Notes under the pieces: model-generated
What the model was told of the DNA's origin: nothing
Seen by the model: only the letters and a program-made list of their open reading frames with translations
Databases searched by the model: none
Translations under genes and position numbers: made by a program
Sequence record: MK977694.1
Origin: Escherichia phage vB_EcoM-Sa45lw
DNA length: 64,000 nucleotides
Strand: one strand, 5' to 3'
Shown: piece by piece, positions 48,189 to 59,674 of the stretch
Layout: each line of letters opens with the position of its first letter
How positions within the stretch are numbered: position 1 is the stretch's first letter

Positions 48189-48814
48189 TACAATAGCTCA
48201 AAGAATTCTTTGAGTCCTCTTATTACATGAGCGTGGGTTTTTCCACACTCTGGACATTTAATTGGAACAGCCAAATAAACAGTAGGCTTTAAAAGCATAT
48301 CTTTTATAGCTACAATATCTGACTCTGTGATGATAGAATATAAATCTTCCAATTCTTTTTCATTTAAGTCTTCAACTGGAATGCTTTCACCGTTAGCATG
48401 AATCGTTTCTATACATGATACTATCATGTGGGCTATATTTTTATCATCAAAAATTTTAGGGTAATGGAATTTAATTTTAATGTCACCCAGTGTATACCAG
48501 AGGTCTTCTGGTGCATCTATTTGTGTATGTAATAGATTTATATGGGTTGGTATTTCAGTTCCACAGGTGCACTTCCAGGAGTTTTCGTGATTAACTTCTC
48601 CAAGAGAATGCGCCCATAAATGAATCAGTAATAGTTCTGATTCTTGGCGGTTTAAATCTTTTGCATTTGTGCAGTCTTTGATTAGCTTTTTAACAATTAC
48701 TTCTACGGAACCATTATTTTTGGCAGTAATAAGTTCTAGATATTCTTTAAGAGTAAATGCACGACAGTTGATTATTTTAGAACCAACTCTCACGTCAAAT
48801 TTGTATTCATACAT
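48188..48814 (-). CDS. 26: baseplate hub protein gp26 (208 aa)
   Basis: 208 aa, divergent from gene 51 as in T4. Confidence 0.85.
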   Translation of the reverse strand: MYEYKFDVRVGSKIINCRAFTLKEYLELITAKNNGSVEVIVKKLIKDCTNAKDLNRQESELLLIHLWAHSLGEVNHENSWKCTCGTEIPTHINLLHTQIDAPEDLWYTLGDIKIKFHYPKIFDDKNIAHMIVSCIETIHANGESIPVEDLNEKELEDLYSIITESDIVAIKDMLLKPTVYLAVPIKCPECGKTHAHVIRGLKEFFELL

Positions 48815-48835
48815 ATTTAGCTCCTTTATTTATCA

Positions 48836-48847
48836 TATTTATAAATA
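48836..48847. promoter_or_regulatory. overlapping divergent late promoters (minus TATAAATA 48836-48843 for 26/25; plus TATAAATA 48840-48847 for 51)
   Basis: Sequence TATTTATAAATA contains the late consensus on both strands within the 50 bp divergent intergenic region. Confidence 0.6.
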
Positions 48848-48864
48848 GAATAAAAGGAGCATCT

Positions 48865-49614
48865 ATGGCAAACATTATTCGTTGTAAATTACCTGATGGT
48901 GTTCATCGTTTTAAACCATTTACGGTAGAAGATTATCGAGATTTTTTGTTAGTTCGAAACGATATAGAACATCGGTCATCACAAGAACAAAAAGAAGTAA
49001 TTGCTGATTTAATTGCTGATTATTTTGGAGACTATCCAAAGACTTGGCAACCATTTATATTTTTGCAGGTATTTGTAGGTTCAATAGGTAAAACTAAAGT
49101 ACCAGTCACATTCATATGTCCAAAATGTAAAAAAGAAAAGACAGTTCCATTTGAAATATATCAAAAAGAATTAAAGGAACCTATTTTTGATGTAGCTAAT
49201 GTTAAAATTAAATTAAATTTTCCTTCTGAGTTTTATGAAAATAAAGCAAAGATGATTACTGAAAATATTCATTCTGTTCAAGTAGATGAAATGTGGTATG
49301 ATTGGAAGGAAATTAGTGAATCAAGTCAAATAGAACTTGTTGACGCCATCGAGATAGAAACATTAGAAAAAATTCTCGATGCAATGAATCCTATTAATTT
49401 AACATTGCACATGTCGTGTTGTGATAAGTACATTAAAAAATACACTGATATAGTAGATGTGTTTAAGCTATTAGTTAATCCAGATGAGATATTTACTTTT
49501 TATCAAATTAATCACACGCTTGTAAAAAGTAATTATAGCTTAAATTCAATAATGAAAATGATTCCTGCCGAGCGCGGATTCGTATTAAAACTGATTGAGA
49601 AGGATAAACAATAA
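48865..49614 (+). CDS. 51: baseplate hub assembly catalyst gp51 (249 aa)
   Basis: 249 aa, T4 order. Confidence 0.85.
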   Translation: MANIIRCKLPDGVHRFKPFTVEDYRDFLLVRNDIEHRSSQEQKEVIADLIADYFGDYPKTWQPFIFLQVFVGSIGKTKVPVTFICPKCKKEKTVPFEIYQKELKEPIFDVANVKIKLNFPSEFYENKAKMITENIHSVQVDEMWYDWKEISESSQIELVDAIEIETLEKILDAMNPINLTLHMSCCDKYIKKYTDIVDVFKLLVNPDEIFTFYQINHTLVKSNYSLNSIMKMIPAERGFVLKLIEKDKQ

Positions 49615-50786
49615 TGAGTATGTTGCAACGCCCCGGATATCCAAATCTCAGCGTTAAATTATTTGAGAGTTATGACGCTTGGAGTAATAATAGATTTGTT
49701 GAATTAGCTGCTACTATTACCACATTAACTATGCGTGACTCTCTTTATGGTCGAAATGAAGGAATGCTACAATTTTATGATTCTAAAAACATTCATACAA
49801 AAATGGATGGAAATGAAATAATTCAGATTTCTGTAGCTAATGCAAACGATATTAATAATGTTAAAACACGAATTTATGGATGCAAGCATTTTTCCGTGTC
49901 AGTAGATTCAAAAGGCGATAACATCATTGCTATTGAATTGGGAACTATTCATTCTATAGAAAATCTTAAATTTGGTAGACCATTTTTCCCTGATGCCGGG
50001 GAATCTATAAAGGAAATGCTTGGTGTCATTTATCAAGACCGCACATTATTAACTCCAGCAATAAATGCTATAAATGCTTATGTTCCTGATATTCCATGGA
50101 CTAGCACATTTGAAAACTATTTGTCATATGTAAGAGAAGTTGCTCTAGCGGTAGGAAGCGATAAGTTCGTATTTGTATGGCAAGACATCATGGGAGTTAA
50201 CATGATGGACTATGATATGATGATAAATCAAGAACCATATCCAATGATTGTAGGTGAGCCAACTTTAATAGGTCAATTCGTCCAAGAATTGAAATATCCA
50301 TTAGCATATGATTTTGTTTGGTTGACTAAATCAAACCCGCATAAACGTGATCCAATGAAAAATGCTACTATCTATGCTCATTCATTTTTAGATTCTTCAT
50401 TACCAATGATTACTACAGGAAAGGGTGAAAACTCTATTGTAGTGTCAAGGTCAGGTGCTTATTCTGAAATGACTTATAGAAATGGATACGAAGAAGCTAT
50501 TCGTCTTCAGACTATGGCGCAGTATGATGGTTACGCTAAATGTTCTACTGTCGGTAATTTTAACTTGACTCCTGGCGTTAAAATTATTTTTAATGATAGT
50601 AAAAACCAATTTAAAACAGAATTTTACGTTGATGAAGTTATTCACGAATTATCAAATAATAATTCCGTAACTCATCTTTATATGTTCACTAATGCAACGA
50701 AACTGGAAACAATCGACCCAGTTAAGGTTAAAAATGAATTTAAAACTGATACTACCACTGAAGAAAGTAGTTCTTCCGATAAGTAA
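49614..50786 (+). CDS. 27: baseplate hub protein gp27 (390 aa)
   Basis: Length and order match T4 gp27. Confidence 0.9.
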   Translation: MSMLQRPGYPNLSVKLFESYDAWSNNRFVELAATITTLTMRDSLYGRNEGMLQFYDSKNIHTKMDGNEIIQISVANANDINNVKTRIYGCKHFSVSVDSKGDNIIAIELGTIHSIENLKFGRPFFPDAGESIKEMLGVIYQDRTLLTPAINAINAYVPDIPWTSTFENYLSYVREVALAVGSDKFVFVWQDIMGVNMMDYDMMINQEPYPMIVGEPTLIGQFVQELKYPLAYDFVWLTKSNPHKRDPMKNATIYAHSFLDSSLPMITTGKGENSIVVSRSGAYSEMTYRNGYEEAIRLQTMAQYDGYAKCSTVGNFNLTPGVKIIFNDSKNQFKTEFYVDEVIHELSNNNSVTHLYMFTNATKLETIDPVKVKNEFKTDTTTEESSSSDK

Positions 50787-51267
50787 TAAAGAAGTTTCTA
50801 TTCCTAAGATGGGTCTTAAACATTATAACATTTTAAAAGATGTTAAAGGTCCTGATGAAAATTTAAAGCTTCTTATTGATTCTATTTGTCCGAATTTATC
50901 ACCAGCAGAAGTTGATTTCGTTTCTATTCATCTATTGGAATTTAATGGAAAGATTAAATCTCGTAAAGAAATAGATGGTTATACTTATGATATTAACGAC
51001 GTTTATGTATGCCAAAGATTGGAATTTCAATACCAAGGAAATACATTTTATTTTAGACCTCCTGGAAAATTTGAACAATTTTTAACTGTAAGCGATATGT
51101 TATCCAAATGCTTGCTTAAGGTCAATGATGAAGTTAAAGAAATTAATTTTCTTGAGATGCCAGCATTTGTTTTAAAATGGGCAAATGATATTTCTACAAC
51201 TTTAGCAATTCCTGGCCCTAATGGTCCAATAACCGGAATTGGCAATATTATTGGATTATTTGAATGA
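50734..51267 (+). CDS. 28: baseplate hub distal subunit gp28 (177 aa)
   Basis: ATG at 50734 (MNLKLILPL) gives 177 aa as in T4 gp28; overlaps the 3' end of gene 27 in another frame. Confidence 0.8.
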   Translation: MNLKLILPLKKVVLPISNKEVSIPKMGLKHYNILKDVKGPDENLKLLIDSICPNLSPAEVDFVSIHLLEFNGKIKSRKEIDGYTYDINDVYVCQRLEFQYQGNTFYFRPPGKFEQFLTVSDMLSKCLLKVNDEVKEINFLEMPAFVLKWANDISTTLAIPGPNGPITGIGNIIGLFE

Positions 51268-53036
51268 AAAAGCCACAAGAAATGCAAACGATGCGTAGAA
51301 AAGTTATTTCAGATAATAAACCAACACAGGACGCGGCTAAATCCGCTTCTAATACTTTATCTGGTCTTAATGACATTTCTACAAAATTAGATGATGCTCA
51401 AGCTGCTTCTGAATTAATAGCTCAGACTGTTGAAGAAAAATCAAATGAAATAGTTGGAGCAATTGATAACGTTGAAAGCGCAGTAAGTGATACTACTGCC
51501 GGTTCTGAGTTAATTGCTGAAACTGTTGAAATTGGAAACAATATTAATAAAGAAATCGGTGAATCGCTCGGAAGCAAATTAGATAAATTAACAAGTTTAC
51601 TGGAACAAAAAATTCAGACAGCTGGAATTCAGCAAACTGGAACGAGTTTAGCAGTAGTCGAAAATGCTATTCCTGTTAAAGTCGTCGAGGATGATACAGC
51701 TGAATCTGTGGGTCCTTTATTACCGGCTCCTGAAGCAGTTAATAATGATCCTGATGCTGATTTTTTCCCTACTCCTCAGCCAATTGAACCAAAACAAGAG
51801 TCTCCAGAAGAGAAGCAAAAAAGAGACGCATTTAACTTAAAAATATCTAATGCATTAGATAAATTAACAAAGACAGTTGATTTCGGATTTAAGAAATCTA
51901 TTTCAATTACTGATAAAATATCTAGTATGCTATTTAAGTATACCGTCAGTGCTGCTATTGAAGCTGCTAAAATGGTTGCATTGATAATGGCTGTTGTTAT
52001 TGGAATAGACCTGCTGATGGTTCATTTTAAATACTGGTCAGATAAATTTTCAAAAGCCTGGGATTTATTTAGCACTGATTTTACTAAATTCTCTAGCGAA
52101 ACCGGAACATGGGGTCCTTTATTACAGAGCATCTTTGATTCTATTGATAAAATTAAACAACTTTGGGAAGCTGGAGATTGGGGCGGATTGACAGTAGCTA
52201 TTGTTGAAGGGCTTGGAAAGGTTCTTTATAATTTAGGAGAACTTATTCAATTAGGTATGGCTAAATTATCTGCGGCAATTCTTCGAGTTATTCCTGGTAT
52301 GAAAGATACCGCTGATGAAGTAGAAGGAAGAGCGCTGGAAAATTTCCAAAATACTACAAATGCTTCTCTTAGCAAAGAAGATCAAGAAAAAGTTGCAAAT
52401 TATCAATATAAAAGAATGAATGACGATCTTGGTCCAATAGCAAAAGGATTAGACAAAATTGCGAACTGGAAAACTCGTGCTTCTAACTGGATTCGTGGTG
52501 TTGATAATAAAGAAGCACTAACGACTGATGAAGAGAGAGCAGAGGAAGAAGAAAAATTAAAGCAACTTTCTCCGGAAGAAGCTAAAATTGCTTTAATGAA
52601 AGCTAATGAAGCTCGTGCTGCTATGAATCGTTTTGAGCAATATGCCGATTCAGCTGATATGAGTAAAGACTCAACAGTTAAATCAGTTGAATCTGCCTAT
52701 GAAGACCTTAAAAAACGGATGGATGACCCGGATTTAAATAATTCACCGGCAGTTAAAAAAGAACTTGCTGCTAGATTTTCTAAAATTGATGCTACTTATC
52801 AGGAGCTCAAGAAAAATCAGCCTAATGCCAAACCTGAAACTTCTGCTAAATCACCAGAAGCAAAACAGGTCCAGGTGATTGAAAAGAACAAAGCACAACA
52901 AGCTCCTGTTCAACAAGCATCTCCTTCAATCAATAATACTAATAATGTTATTAAGAAAAATACTGTCGTTCATAATATGACACCTGTCACAAGCACAACT
53001 GCTCCTGGTGTATTTGGTGCGACGGGAGTTAATTAA
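51264..53036 (+). CDS. 29: baseplate hub / tail length determinator gp29 (590 aa)
   Basis: 590 aa, T4 order, ATGA overlap with gene 28. Confidence 0.9.
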   Translation: MKKPQEMQTMRRKVISDNKPTQDAAKSASNTLSGLNDISTKLDDAQAASELIAQTVEEKSNEIVGAIDNVESAVSDTTAGSELIAETVEIGNNINKEIGESLGSKLDKLTSLLEQKIQTAGIQQTGTSLAVVENAIPVKVVEDDTAESVGPLLPAPEAVNNDPDADFFPTPQPIEPKQESPEEKQKRDAFNLKISNALDKLTKTVDFGFKKSISITDKISSMLFKYTVSAAIEAAKMVALIMAVVIGIDLLMVHFKYWSDKFSKAWDLFSTDFTKFSSETGTWGPLLQSIFDSIDKIKQLWEAGDWGGLTVAIVEGLGKVLYNLGELIQLGMAKLSAAILRVIPGMKDTADEVEGRALENFQNTTNASLSKEDQEKVANYQYKRMNDDLGPIAKGLDKIANWKTRASNWIRGVDNKEALTTDEERAEEEEKLKQLSPEEAKIALMKANEARAAMNRFEQYADSADMSKDSTVKSVESAYEDLKKRMDDPDLNNSPAVKKELAARFSKIDATYQELKKNQPNAKPETSAKSPEAKQVQVIEKNKAQQAPVQQASPSINNTNNVIKKNTVVHNMTPVTSTTAPGVFGATGVN

Positions 53037-53044
53037 GGAATAAT

Positions 53045-54139
53045 ATGGCAATTGTTAAAGAAATAACTGCTGATTTAATTAAAAAGTCCGGTGAAACAAT
53101 TTCAGCCGGACAGAGTACTAAATCAGAAGTAGGAACTAAAACATACACAGCCCAGTTTCCAACTGGGCGTGCTAGTGGTAATGACACTACAGGGGACTTC
53201 CAGGTAACAGATCTATATAAGAATGGATTATTATTTACTGCATACAATATGTCATCTAGGGATTCTGGAAGTCTTAGAACGATGAGATCTAACTACTCTT
53301 CTTCATCTTCGAGTATTTTACGTACAGCCAGAAACACTATTAGTAGTACAGTATCAAAACTATCAAATGGATTAATATCAGATAATAATTCAGGAACAAT
53401 AAGTAAAGTTCCTGTTGCAAATATTCTTTTACCGAGATCTAAATCCGATGTTGATACATCATCACATAGATTTAACGATGTTCAAGATAGTCTTATTACA
53501 AAAGGTGGAGGTACTGCTACTGGCGTGTTAAGCAATATGGCTTCAACTGCAGTATTTGGAGCACTGGAAAGTATAACACAAGGTATAATGGCTGATAATA
53601 ATGAACAGATTTATACGACAGCCAGAAGTATGTATGGTGGTGCTGAGAATAGAACTAAAGTGTTCACTTGGGATTTGACTCCGCGTTCCACAGAAGATTT
53701 AATGGCTATTATTAATATCTATCAATATTTTAACTATTTTTCTTATGGTGAAACGGGTAAATCTCAATATGCTGCTGAAATAAAAGGATATCTAGATGAG
53801 TGGTATCGCTCTACTTTTATTGAGCCATTAACTCCAGAAGATGCAGTTAAAAATAAGACGTTATTTGAGAAAATGACATCGAGTTTAACTAACGTTCTTG
53901 TAGTTTCAAACCCGACAATTTGGATGGTTAAAAACTTTGGCGCAACTTCTAAATTTGACGGCAAAACAGAAGTGTTTGGACCGTGTCAAATTCAAAGTAT
54001 TAGATTTGATAAAACTCCGAATGGTAATTTTAACGGATTAGCTATTGCTCCTAACCTTCCAAGTTCTTTTACACTCGAGATTACTATGAGAGAGATTATT
54101 ACGTTAAACCGTGCTTCTTTATATACGGGGACTTTCTAA
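53045..54139 (+). CDS. 48: baseplate tail tube cap gp48 (364 aa)
   Basis: 364 aa, T4 order. Confidence 0.9.
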   Translation: MAIVKEITADLIKKSGETISAGQSTKSEVGTKTYTAQFPTGRASGNDTTGDFQVTDLYKNGLLFTAYNMSSRDSGSLRTMRSNYSSSSSSILRTARNTISSTVSKLSNGLISDNNSGTISKVPVANILLPRSKSDVDTSSHRFNDVQDSLITKGGGTATGVLSNMASTAVFGALESITQGIMADNNEQIYTTARSMYGGAENRTKVFTWDLTPRSTEDLMAIINIYQYFNYFSYGETGKSQYAAEIKGYLDEWYRSTFIEPLTPEDAVKNKTLFEKMTSSLTNVLVVSNPTIWMVKNFGATSKFDGKTEVFGPCQIQSIRFDKTPNGNFNGLAIAPNLPSSFTLEITMREIITLNRASLYTGTF

Positions 54140-55104
54140 TGTATTCTTTAGAGGAATTTAATAATCAAGCAATAAACGCAGACTTCCAACGTAATAATAT
54201 GTTCAGCTGTGTTTTTGCTACAACTCCATCAACTAAAAGCTCATCGTTAATAAGCTCAATTAGTAACTTTGCTTATAATAACTTGGGTCTAAATTCAGAT
54301 TGGTTGGGATTAACTCAAGGTGATATTAATCAGGGAATTACCACGCTAATTACCGCTGGCACACAAAAACTGATAAGAAAATCAGGGGTTAGTAAATATC
54401 TTATTGGTGCCATGAGTCAACGTACAGTTCAAAGTTTATTAGGCTCATTTACAGTTGGTACATATTTAATTGACTTCTTTAACATGGCATATAACTCATC
54501 TGGATTGATGATATATTCTGTAAAAATGCCAGAAAATAGATTATCCTATGAAACTGACTGGAACTATAATTCTCCTAATATTCGTATAACTGGAAGAGAA
54601 TTAGACCCTTTGGTTATTTCATTTAGAATGGATTCAGAAGCTTGTAACTATCGTGCAATGCAAGACTGGGTTAACGCCGTTCAAGACCCAGTAACTGGAT
54701 TGCGTGCTTTACCGCAAGATGTCGAGGCAGATATTCAGGTCAATCTTCATTCTCGCAATGGATTACCACATACTGCGGTGATGTTCACTGGCTGTATTCC
54801 AATATCTGTGAGTGCTCCTGAGTTATCATATGATGGAGATAACCAAATAACTACATTTGATGTTACTTTCGCTTATAGAGTCATGCAGGCTGGAGCAGTT
54901 GATAGACAAGCTGCCCTTGAATGGCTTGAATCTGCTACTATAAATGGTATTCAAAGCGTTCTCGGAAATAGTGGAGGTGTTACTGGACTATCTAATTCGC
55001 TTTCACGACTTAGTAGATTAGGGGGAACTGCAGGAAGCATTTCAAATATTAATACTATGACAGGAATTGTCAACTCGCAAAGTAAAATATTAGGAGCAAT
55101 ATAA
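54139..55104 (+). CDS. 54: baseplate tail tube initiator gp54 (321 aa)
   Basis: 321 aa, T4 order. Confidence 0.9.
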   Translation: MYSLEEFNNQAINADFQRNNMFSCVFATTPSTKSSSLISSISNFAYNNLGLNSDWLGLTQGDINQGITTLITAGTQKLIRKSGVSKYLIGAMSQRTVQSLLGSFTVGTYLIDFFNMAYNSSGLMIYSVKMPENRLSYETDWNYNSPNIRITGRELDPLVISFRMDSEACNYRAMQDWVNAVQDPVTGLRALPQDVEADIQVNLHSRNGLPHTAVMFTGCIPISVSAPELSYDGDNQITTFDVTFAYRVMQAGAVDRQAALEWLESATINGIQSVLGNSGGVTGLSNSLSRLSRLGGTAGSISNINTMTGIVNSQSKILGAI

Positions 55105-55106
55105 CA

Positions 55107-55140
55107 ATGGGGACCGAAAGGTCCCCATGTTTTTATTTAC
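55107..55140. terminator. rho-independent terminator after gene 54 (possibly bidirectional)
   Basis: ATGGGGACCGAAAGGTCCCCAT hairpin followed by GTTTTTATTT; also sits downstream of the convergent 55133..55423 gene. Confidence 0.7.
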
Positions 55141-55423
55141 GGAATGAAATAAAAGCAGCAACTGAAGCAACAGAGGTTTCTTCAATATAAACCTCAATTT
55201 TTACCGGAGCTTCTGACTCAAATTTACCTGTTACTACACCCTGAAAAATACTTTCAGTCTGTTCTGGCTTTGAAAAATTTTCAGAAGGAAAAATTCCAAA
55301 CTTTTTATCGGTTCCGAAAATTTTAATAAATTCATCGTAAACTGCTTCATTAAAAGCATTATCAGCAGGAATAACGCCTTCAACTACAAGTTCTTGACCT
55401 AAAAAGCGCAAAGAAGATTTCAT
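55133..55423 (-). CDS. hypothetical protein (96 aa), downstream of the Alt paralogs
   Basis: ATG at 55423-55421 with GAGGAACA RBS. Confidence 0.55.
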   Translation of the reverse strand: MKSSLRFLGQELVVEGVIPADNAFNEAVYDEFIKIFGTDKKFGIFPSENFSKPEQTESIFQGVVTGKFESEAPVKIEVYIEETSVASVAAFISFRK

Positions 55424-55483
55424 TTTGTGTTCCTCATGTTATGTCAGTAAGACTACTATAACACAACACGAGGGACTTGTAAA

Positions 55484-57541
55484 CTACATTTTGAACTTTT
55501 TAGACATTCCGTTAATGTTAACCAAAGAAGCTAAGATTTGAGAAACTTCGTTTTCCTCTTCTTTTGATTCTTCTACAAGGAATTGATTAAATCCAGCCAT
55601 TGGACGAACTTCACCAGTTTCCATTAGATGGTCGCCATCATATACTGATTCTTCTAATTGTTCAGAAGGAGGAACGATTGTACCTTCGATTAGATACTTG
55701 TTATAAGCAGTTTCTTTCATAAAGTAAGTACTTACTTTATTAATCTTCAGTAAAATTCCACGTGGTAGAATAACTTCAGCTTCTGATGGAAATCCTGATA
55801 AATGACCCGGAACGATAACTTTAACTCGTTCAGCTCCTTTAATTACCATACCCACGCTAGTTTCAGCATCTTCATTAGCATATGTAGAATGACTACCCAT
55901 ATGCATCAAATCTTCTGCATCAACGGAACCTTCTCCTTCACCAGAAAATACTGCTCCGGAATCATCTAAGGCCATATAATTTTTACCATACTCACCAAAG
56001 ATATTTGGTTTAAGTGATGTAGATACGAAGTTCTTGAAATAGAACATTTTATTTTCAATGTTATGACGCAAAGTTTTAAAAGTAACTTCTTGTCCACGGT
56101 AAAGTGTAGTTCCTGGAGGAAGAACTGAACCTTTAGCAAACGCAGAATCCATAGTCTCGATGTGCTTAATAGCGCGCTCCATGTATTCTTCACGTGTAGA
56201 ATCAGGTTTACCTAAAAGGAATGAGTTCATTTCAACATACGAATCTGCACAATAATCTTCAATTACATCAGATTCAGCCTGAGTCAATCCTTTTGGAGTT
56301 ACTTCAGTGCTTGCATATTCATACGCCTGAGCAGCGGATTCATCAATTAATTTATAAATGCCATTCATGACAAATTGAATAATAGCTGTCTTTTCATCTG
56401 GCGTAGCTTTAGAACCTTTAACTAAATCATTGACAATTTTCTTAATAACATCAAAGCTATTAGAAATATTAATGTCAGCAAGATCGCTTAAAATTTTATC
56501 AGTTTTATAATCAAAGAATTCTTTATTCTTTAAATATTCTTGAGAACCTTGATATGTTATATCGCTCTGCAGCTTGATAGATGGATCACGTAAACGTGCA
56601 TGGGCTAATGCAATATGATTTCGGAAGCTTTCTAGTTCATAATCACTAGATTTAAAACGAGAAGCACTCCTCATACCACCGATAGCTCCTTTGCCGAAGT
56701 TTGAACCAATCTGAATAACGCCAGAGTTCATTGGTCCTTCTGCTTTATATACCGGAACTTTAGATTCAAACTCTTGATATTTCTTAGCAGCAAAGCTATC
56801 ACCCTGAAGTGAAGCATCAACAGTAGAATATTGAGCTTGTGCTGCTAATCGACGACTAATTTTAGTTTTCTGAATAACAGCTTGATCCGTACGCTTATCA
56901 TTTTCTAAAGCAATAGAAGCAGCAACTGCGACAGCTTTAGGAACAGCATTACCTGTTTTAACGTCTACATAAACATCACCGACTTTCGATTCAACTTTTG
57001 TGAATAACTCAGTTGAAATAGGAGGTACACCTGGAATGTCTTCTAAATTGGCATTTTTACGGTAAACCATAATATATGCATATTTCTTATCATAGTCCCA
57101 GATTTCCTTTAAAAGAACATATCGACCTGCTCCTTTAGTACGTACTAAACGGTCAGCAATAACTTGCATTTGACGAGCAGCGCCATTTGTTTTACTTTTT
57201 AGTACGCGGAATAGGCATGCATCAATTTTATACTGTTTCATTGTTTGAAGAGCAGTATCAAAAACCGCATTAATGACACCAATTGGATTTCCACCCAAGT
57301 TTTTAAGCTTAACTAACGATAATTTCTCATTAACACCTATCATTACGATATGCATCATTTTGTCGCCTGGCTTAACGTTTTTATTCGTATCACCGCCAGA
57401 GGTGTATGTACAAAATCGAAATCCAGGAAGAACGCTTTCTTCACCGGCTTGAATAGCAAAAATTTGAGGTATTTTATGCTTAGGATTTAAGTTAACAACC
57501 GGCGCCGAAGCGCCGTCAAATAATTCTGTAATAAGTTCCAT
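55484..57541 (-). CDS. Alt-family ADP-ribosyltransferase paralog A (685 aa)
   Basis: N-terminus MELITELFD...NLNPK.KIPQIF shared with the adjacent paralog; C-terminal ART motifs present (LYRGQ, FVSTS, EAEVILPRG); AAGGATAAATC RBS 3 nt after the upstream stop. Confidence 0.8.
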   Translation of the reverse strand: MELITELFDGASAPVVNLNPKHKIPQIFAIQAGEESVLPGFRFCTYTSGGDTNKNVKPGDKMMHIVMIGVNEKLSLVKLKNLGGNPIGVINAVFDTALQTMKQYKIDACLFRVLKSKTNGAARQMQVIADRLVRTKGAGRYVLLKEIWDYDKKYAYIMVYRKNANLEDIPGVPPISTELFTKVESKVGDVYVDVKTGNAVPKAVAVAASIALENDKRTDQAVIQKTKISRRLAAQAQYSTVDASLQGDSFAAKKYQEFESKVPVYKAEGPMNSGVIQIGSNFGKGAIGGMRSASRFKSSDYELESFRNHIALAHARLRDPSIKLQSDITYQGSQEYLKNKEFFDYKTDKILSDLADINISNSFDVIKKIVNDLVKGSKATPDEKTAIIQFVMNGIYKLIDESAAQAYEYASTEVTPKGLTQAESDVIEDYCADSYVEMNSFLLGKPDSTREEYMERAIKHIETMDSAFAKGSVLPPGTTLYRGQEVTFKTLRHNIENKMFYFKNFVSTSLKPNIFGEYGKNYMALDDSGAVFSGEGEGSVDAEDLMHMGSHSTYANEDAETSVGMVIKGAERVKVIVPGHLSGFPSEAEVILPRGILLKINKVSTYFMKETAYNKYLIEGTIVPPSEQLEESVYDGDHLMETGEVRPMAGFNQFLVEESKEEENEVSQILASLVNINGMSKKFKM

Positions 57542-57544
57542 GAT

Positions 57545-59638
57545 TTATCCTTGAACGAACTTGTAAGGCATGTTTGTAATATCTATGCAAGACGCAATAA
57601 TTCCAAGAGATGATTCTACTTTCTGTTTAATATTTGATGAAACAAATGATGCAAAGTCAACTCTGTCTTCTATTTCAATATCACCTGTCATTGCAACCAA
57701 TTCACCAGTTTCCATTAAATGGTCTCCATCATAGATTACCGATTCGGTGAGCTCTTCCGTGGTCATAACTTCAGCTTGAATGAGTTTTGTATTATTAGAT
57801 GTTGTTCCGTCATTATTAGAAGCATCAGTTATTTTATTAACCTTGACCATCAATCCGCGTGGTAGAATAACTTCAGCTTCTGTTGCTATTCCGAGACTTC
57901 CTGGATATACAACATTAACTTTATGAGCTCCATCAATTGCCCATCCTATTTGAACTTTAACATATTCAGGATTTTCTTTATACGCTCTTATTTCGTTTGG
58001 ATTAATAGTTATTCCTTCTTCATTTTTATCAACTGTTAATTCGTTACGAGCTTCTGGTTCTAAAAGACCAATACCAGCATGTGTGATTCCAAAACGTCCA
58101 AAAATGATAGGAGTTAAAGAAGTAGATACAAAATTTCTGAAGTAGAACACTTTATTTTTAACTAACGCTTCATATATAGGAGCAGTCATACTTTGAGCAC
58201 GATAAACTGTAATGCCTTCTGGTATACGGTCACCATTTTCAAAAGCTGAATCTAAGTTATTTATAGCAGATTCAATTTCTTTTTCACTCATTACATCGTA
58301 TCGTTCTGGATTGTAACGACCTAAAAGAAGATTATTGATGTCAGTATATCCTGAACCGCAATATTCTCTAATGCCACGCTTTTGTGATGGAGTATATTTA
58401 GAACCATCGCGGGCAATAGTAATATCAATCATTGGACCAGCACCAATTCCAGAAAAACTGTAAATCATTCGTTTGAGGAATTTAGTTTTTGCTGCGTTCC
58501 AGGAATTTTTAGTTATTTCTTCCCAGACTTCATCTGGTTGTCCTTTACGATTTTTATTATGATTAGCAAGCCATTTATCTTTATAATCTTCAAAGAATTG
58601 ATTTACAGCTGCTGCGTATTTCTCTAAACATTTTATTGAAGTAGTTGGTTCATTTTTAATTGCATTAAAAATTACTTCTTTAATTTTTTCTGAAACTTCA
58701 CCGACTTGACTCATTGGAAAGAATTTATAATCATAGTGAAGTTCATCTGCCGTTCCTTCAGCAATAATTTTTGCTGCCTTTGTTTTAGAAGCTAATGAAT
58801 TAATTCCAATTTTCATTTCTTCTGCTTCGGGAATTAAAGGTGCAGTAGCTGGTTTATTAAAATTAGCTGCTGTAGATTCATACTTCTGGAATAATTCACT
58901 TTCAAATCTAGAAGATTCCAATGACTGACTTTGTGCAATTGCTCTACGGGAAATTTTAACTTTAACGATTACGGCTTGGTCAGAACGTTTATCATTTTCT
59001 TGTGCAATAGATGCAGCAATTGCCTCATTTTTGGTTACTTGAGCTCCAGTATCTTTATTGATATAAACATCACCGACCTTCGATTCAACTTTAGTAAAAA
59101 GCTCGGTGCTAATTTCTGGAACTCCTGGAATGTCTTCTAGTGATACATTTTTACGATGTATAAGAATATATGCATACTTTTTATCGTAATCCCAGAGTTC
59201 CTTAAGAAGGACGTATCTGCCACCTGAACGACTGCGGATGAGTCTATCAGCAATAAGTTGAATTTGTCGAGCTTGACCGGCGGTTTTAGACTTAAGAATA
59301 CGAAGCATGCAGGCATCAATTTTATATTGACGCATTGTTTGCATTGCAACAGTAAAAACTGAATTGATATAATTAATCGGGCTTGGACCAAGACCTTTTA
59401 ATTTAGCAATTGAACCTTTAGCAGTTAATGTAAAAGGAACAATGTGCATCATTTTATCGCCCATCTTTAAATCACGATTAGTATCACCTCCAGATGTATA
59501 GGTACATAAACGAAAGCCTGGTTGTTCAATTGCATCATCAACATGAACTGAAAAAATTTGTGGTATTTTCTTCTTTGGATTTAAGTTTGTAATCGGAAGA
59601 GTAGTATCTTCGTCAAATAATTCTGTAATAAGTTCCAT
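57545..59638 (-). CDS. alt: Alt-family ADP-ribosyltransferase paralog B (697 aa), likely the alt ortholog
   Basis: N-terminus MELITELFDEDTTLPITNL; ART motifs VYRAQ, FVSTS, EAEVILPRG; own late promoter upstream, consistent with a packaged head protein. Confidence 0.8.
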   Translation of the reverse strand: MELITELFDEDTTLPITNLNPKKKIPQIFSVHVDDAIEQPGFRLCTYTSGGDTNRDLKMGDKMMHIVPFTLTAKGSIAKLKGLGPSPINYINSVFTVAMQTMRQYKIDACMLRILKSKTAGQARQIQLIADRLIRSRSGGRYVLLKELWDYDKKYAYILIHRKNVSLEDIPGVPEISTELFTKVESKVGDVYINKDTGAQVTKNEAIAASIAQENDKRSDQAVIVKVKISRRAIAQSQSLESSRFESELFQKYESTAANFNKPATAPLIPEAEEMKIGINSLASKTKAAKIIAEGTADELHYDYKFFPMSQVGEVSEKIKEVIFNAIKNEPTTSIKCLEKYAAAVNQFFEDYKDKWLANHNKNRKGQPDEVWEEITKNSWNAAKTKFLKRMIYSFSGIGAGPMIDITIARDGSKYTPSQKRGIREYCGSGYTDINNLLLGRYNPERYDVMSEKEIESAINNLDSAFENGDRIPEGITVYRAQSMTAPIYEALVKNKVFYFRNFVSTSLTPIIFGRFGITHAGIGLLEPEARNELTVDKNEEGITINPNEIRAYKENPEYVKVQIGWAIDGAHKVNVVYPGSLGIATEAEVILPRGLMVKVNKITDASNNDGTTSNNTKLIQAEVMTTEELTESVIYDGDHLMETGELVAMTGDIEIEDRVDFASFVSSNIKQKVESSLGIIASCIDITNMPYKFVQG

Positions 59639-59661
59639 GTTATCCTCTCTAGTGTTTATTC

Positions 59662-59669
59662 TATTTATA
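59662..59669 (-). promoter_or_regulatory. T4 late promoter TATAAATA (minus strand) upstream of Alt paralog B
   Basis: Exact TATAAATA on minus strand about 24 nt upstream of the ATG at 59638. Confidence 0.55.
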
Positions 59670-59674
59670 AAATT

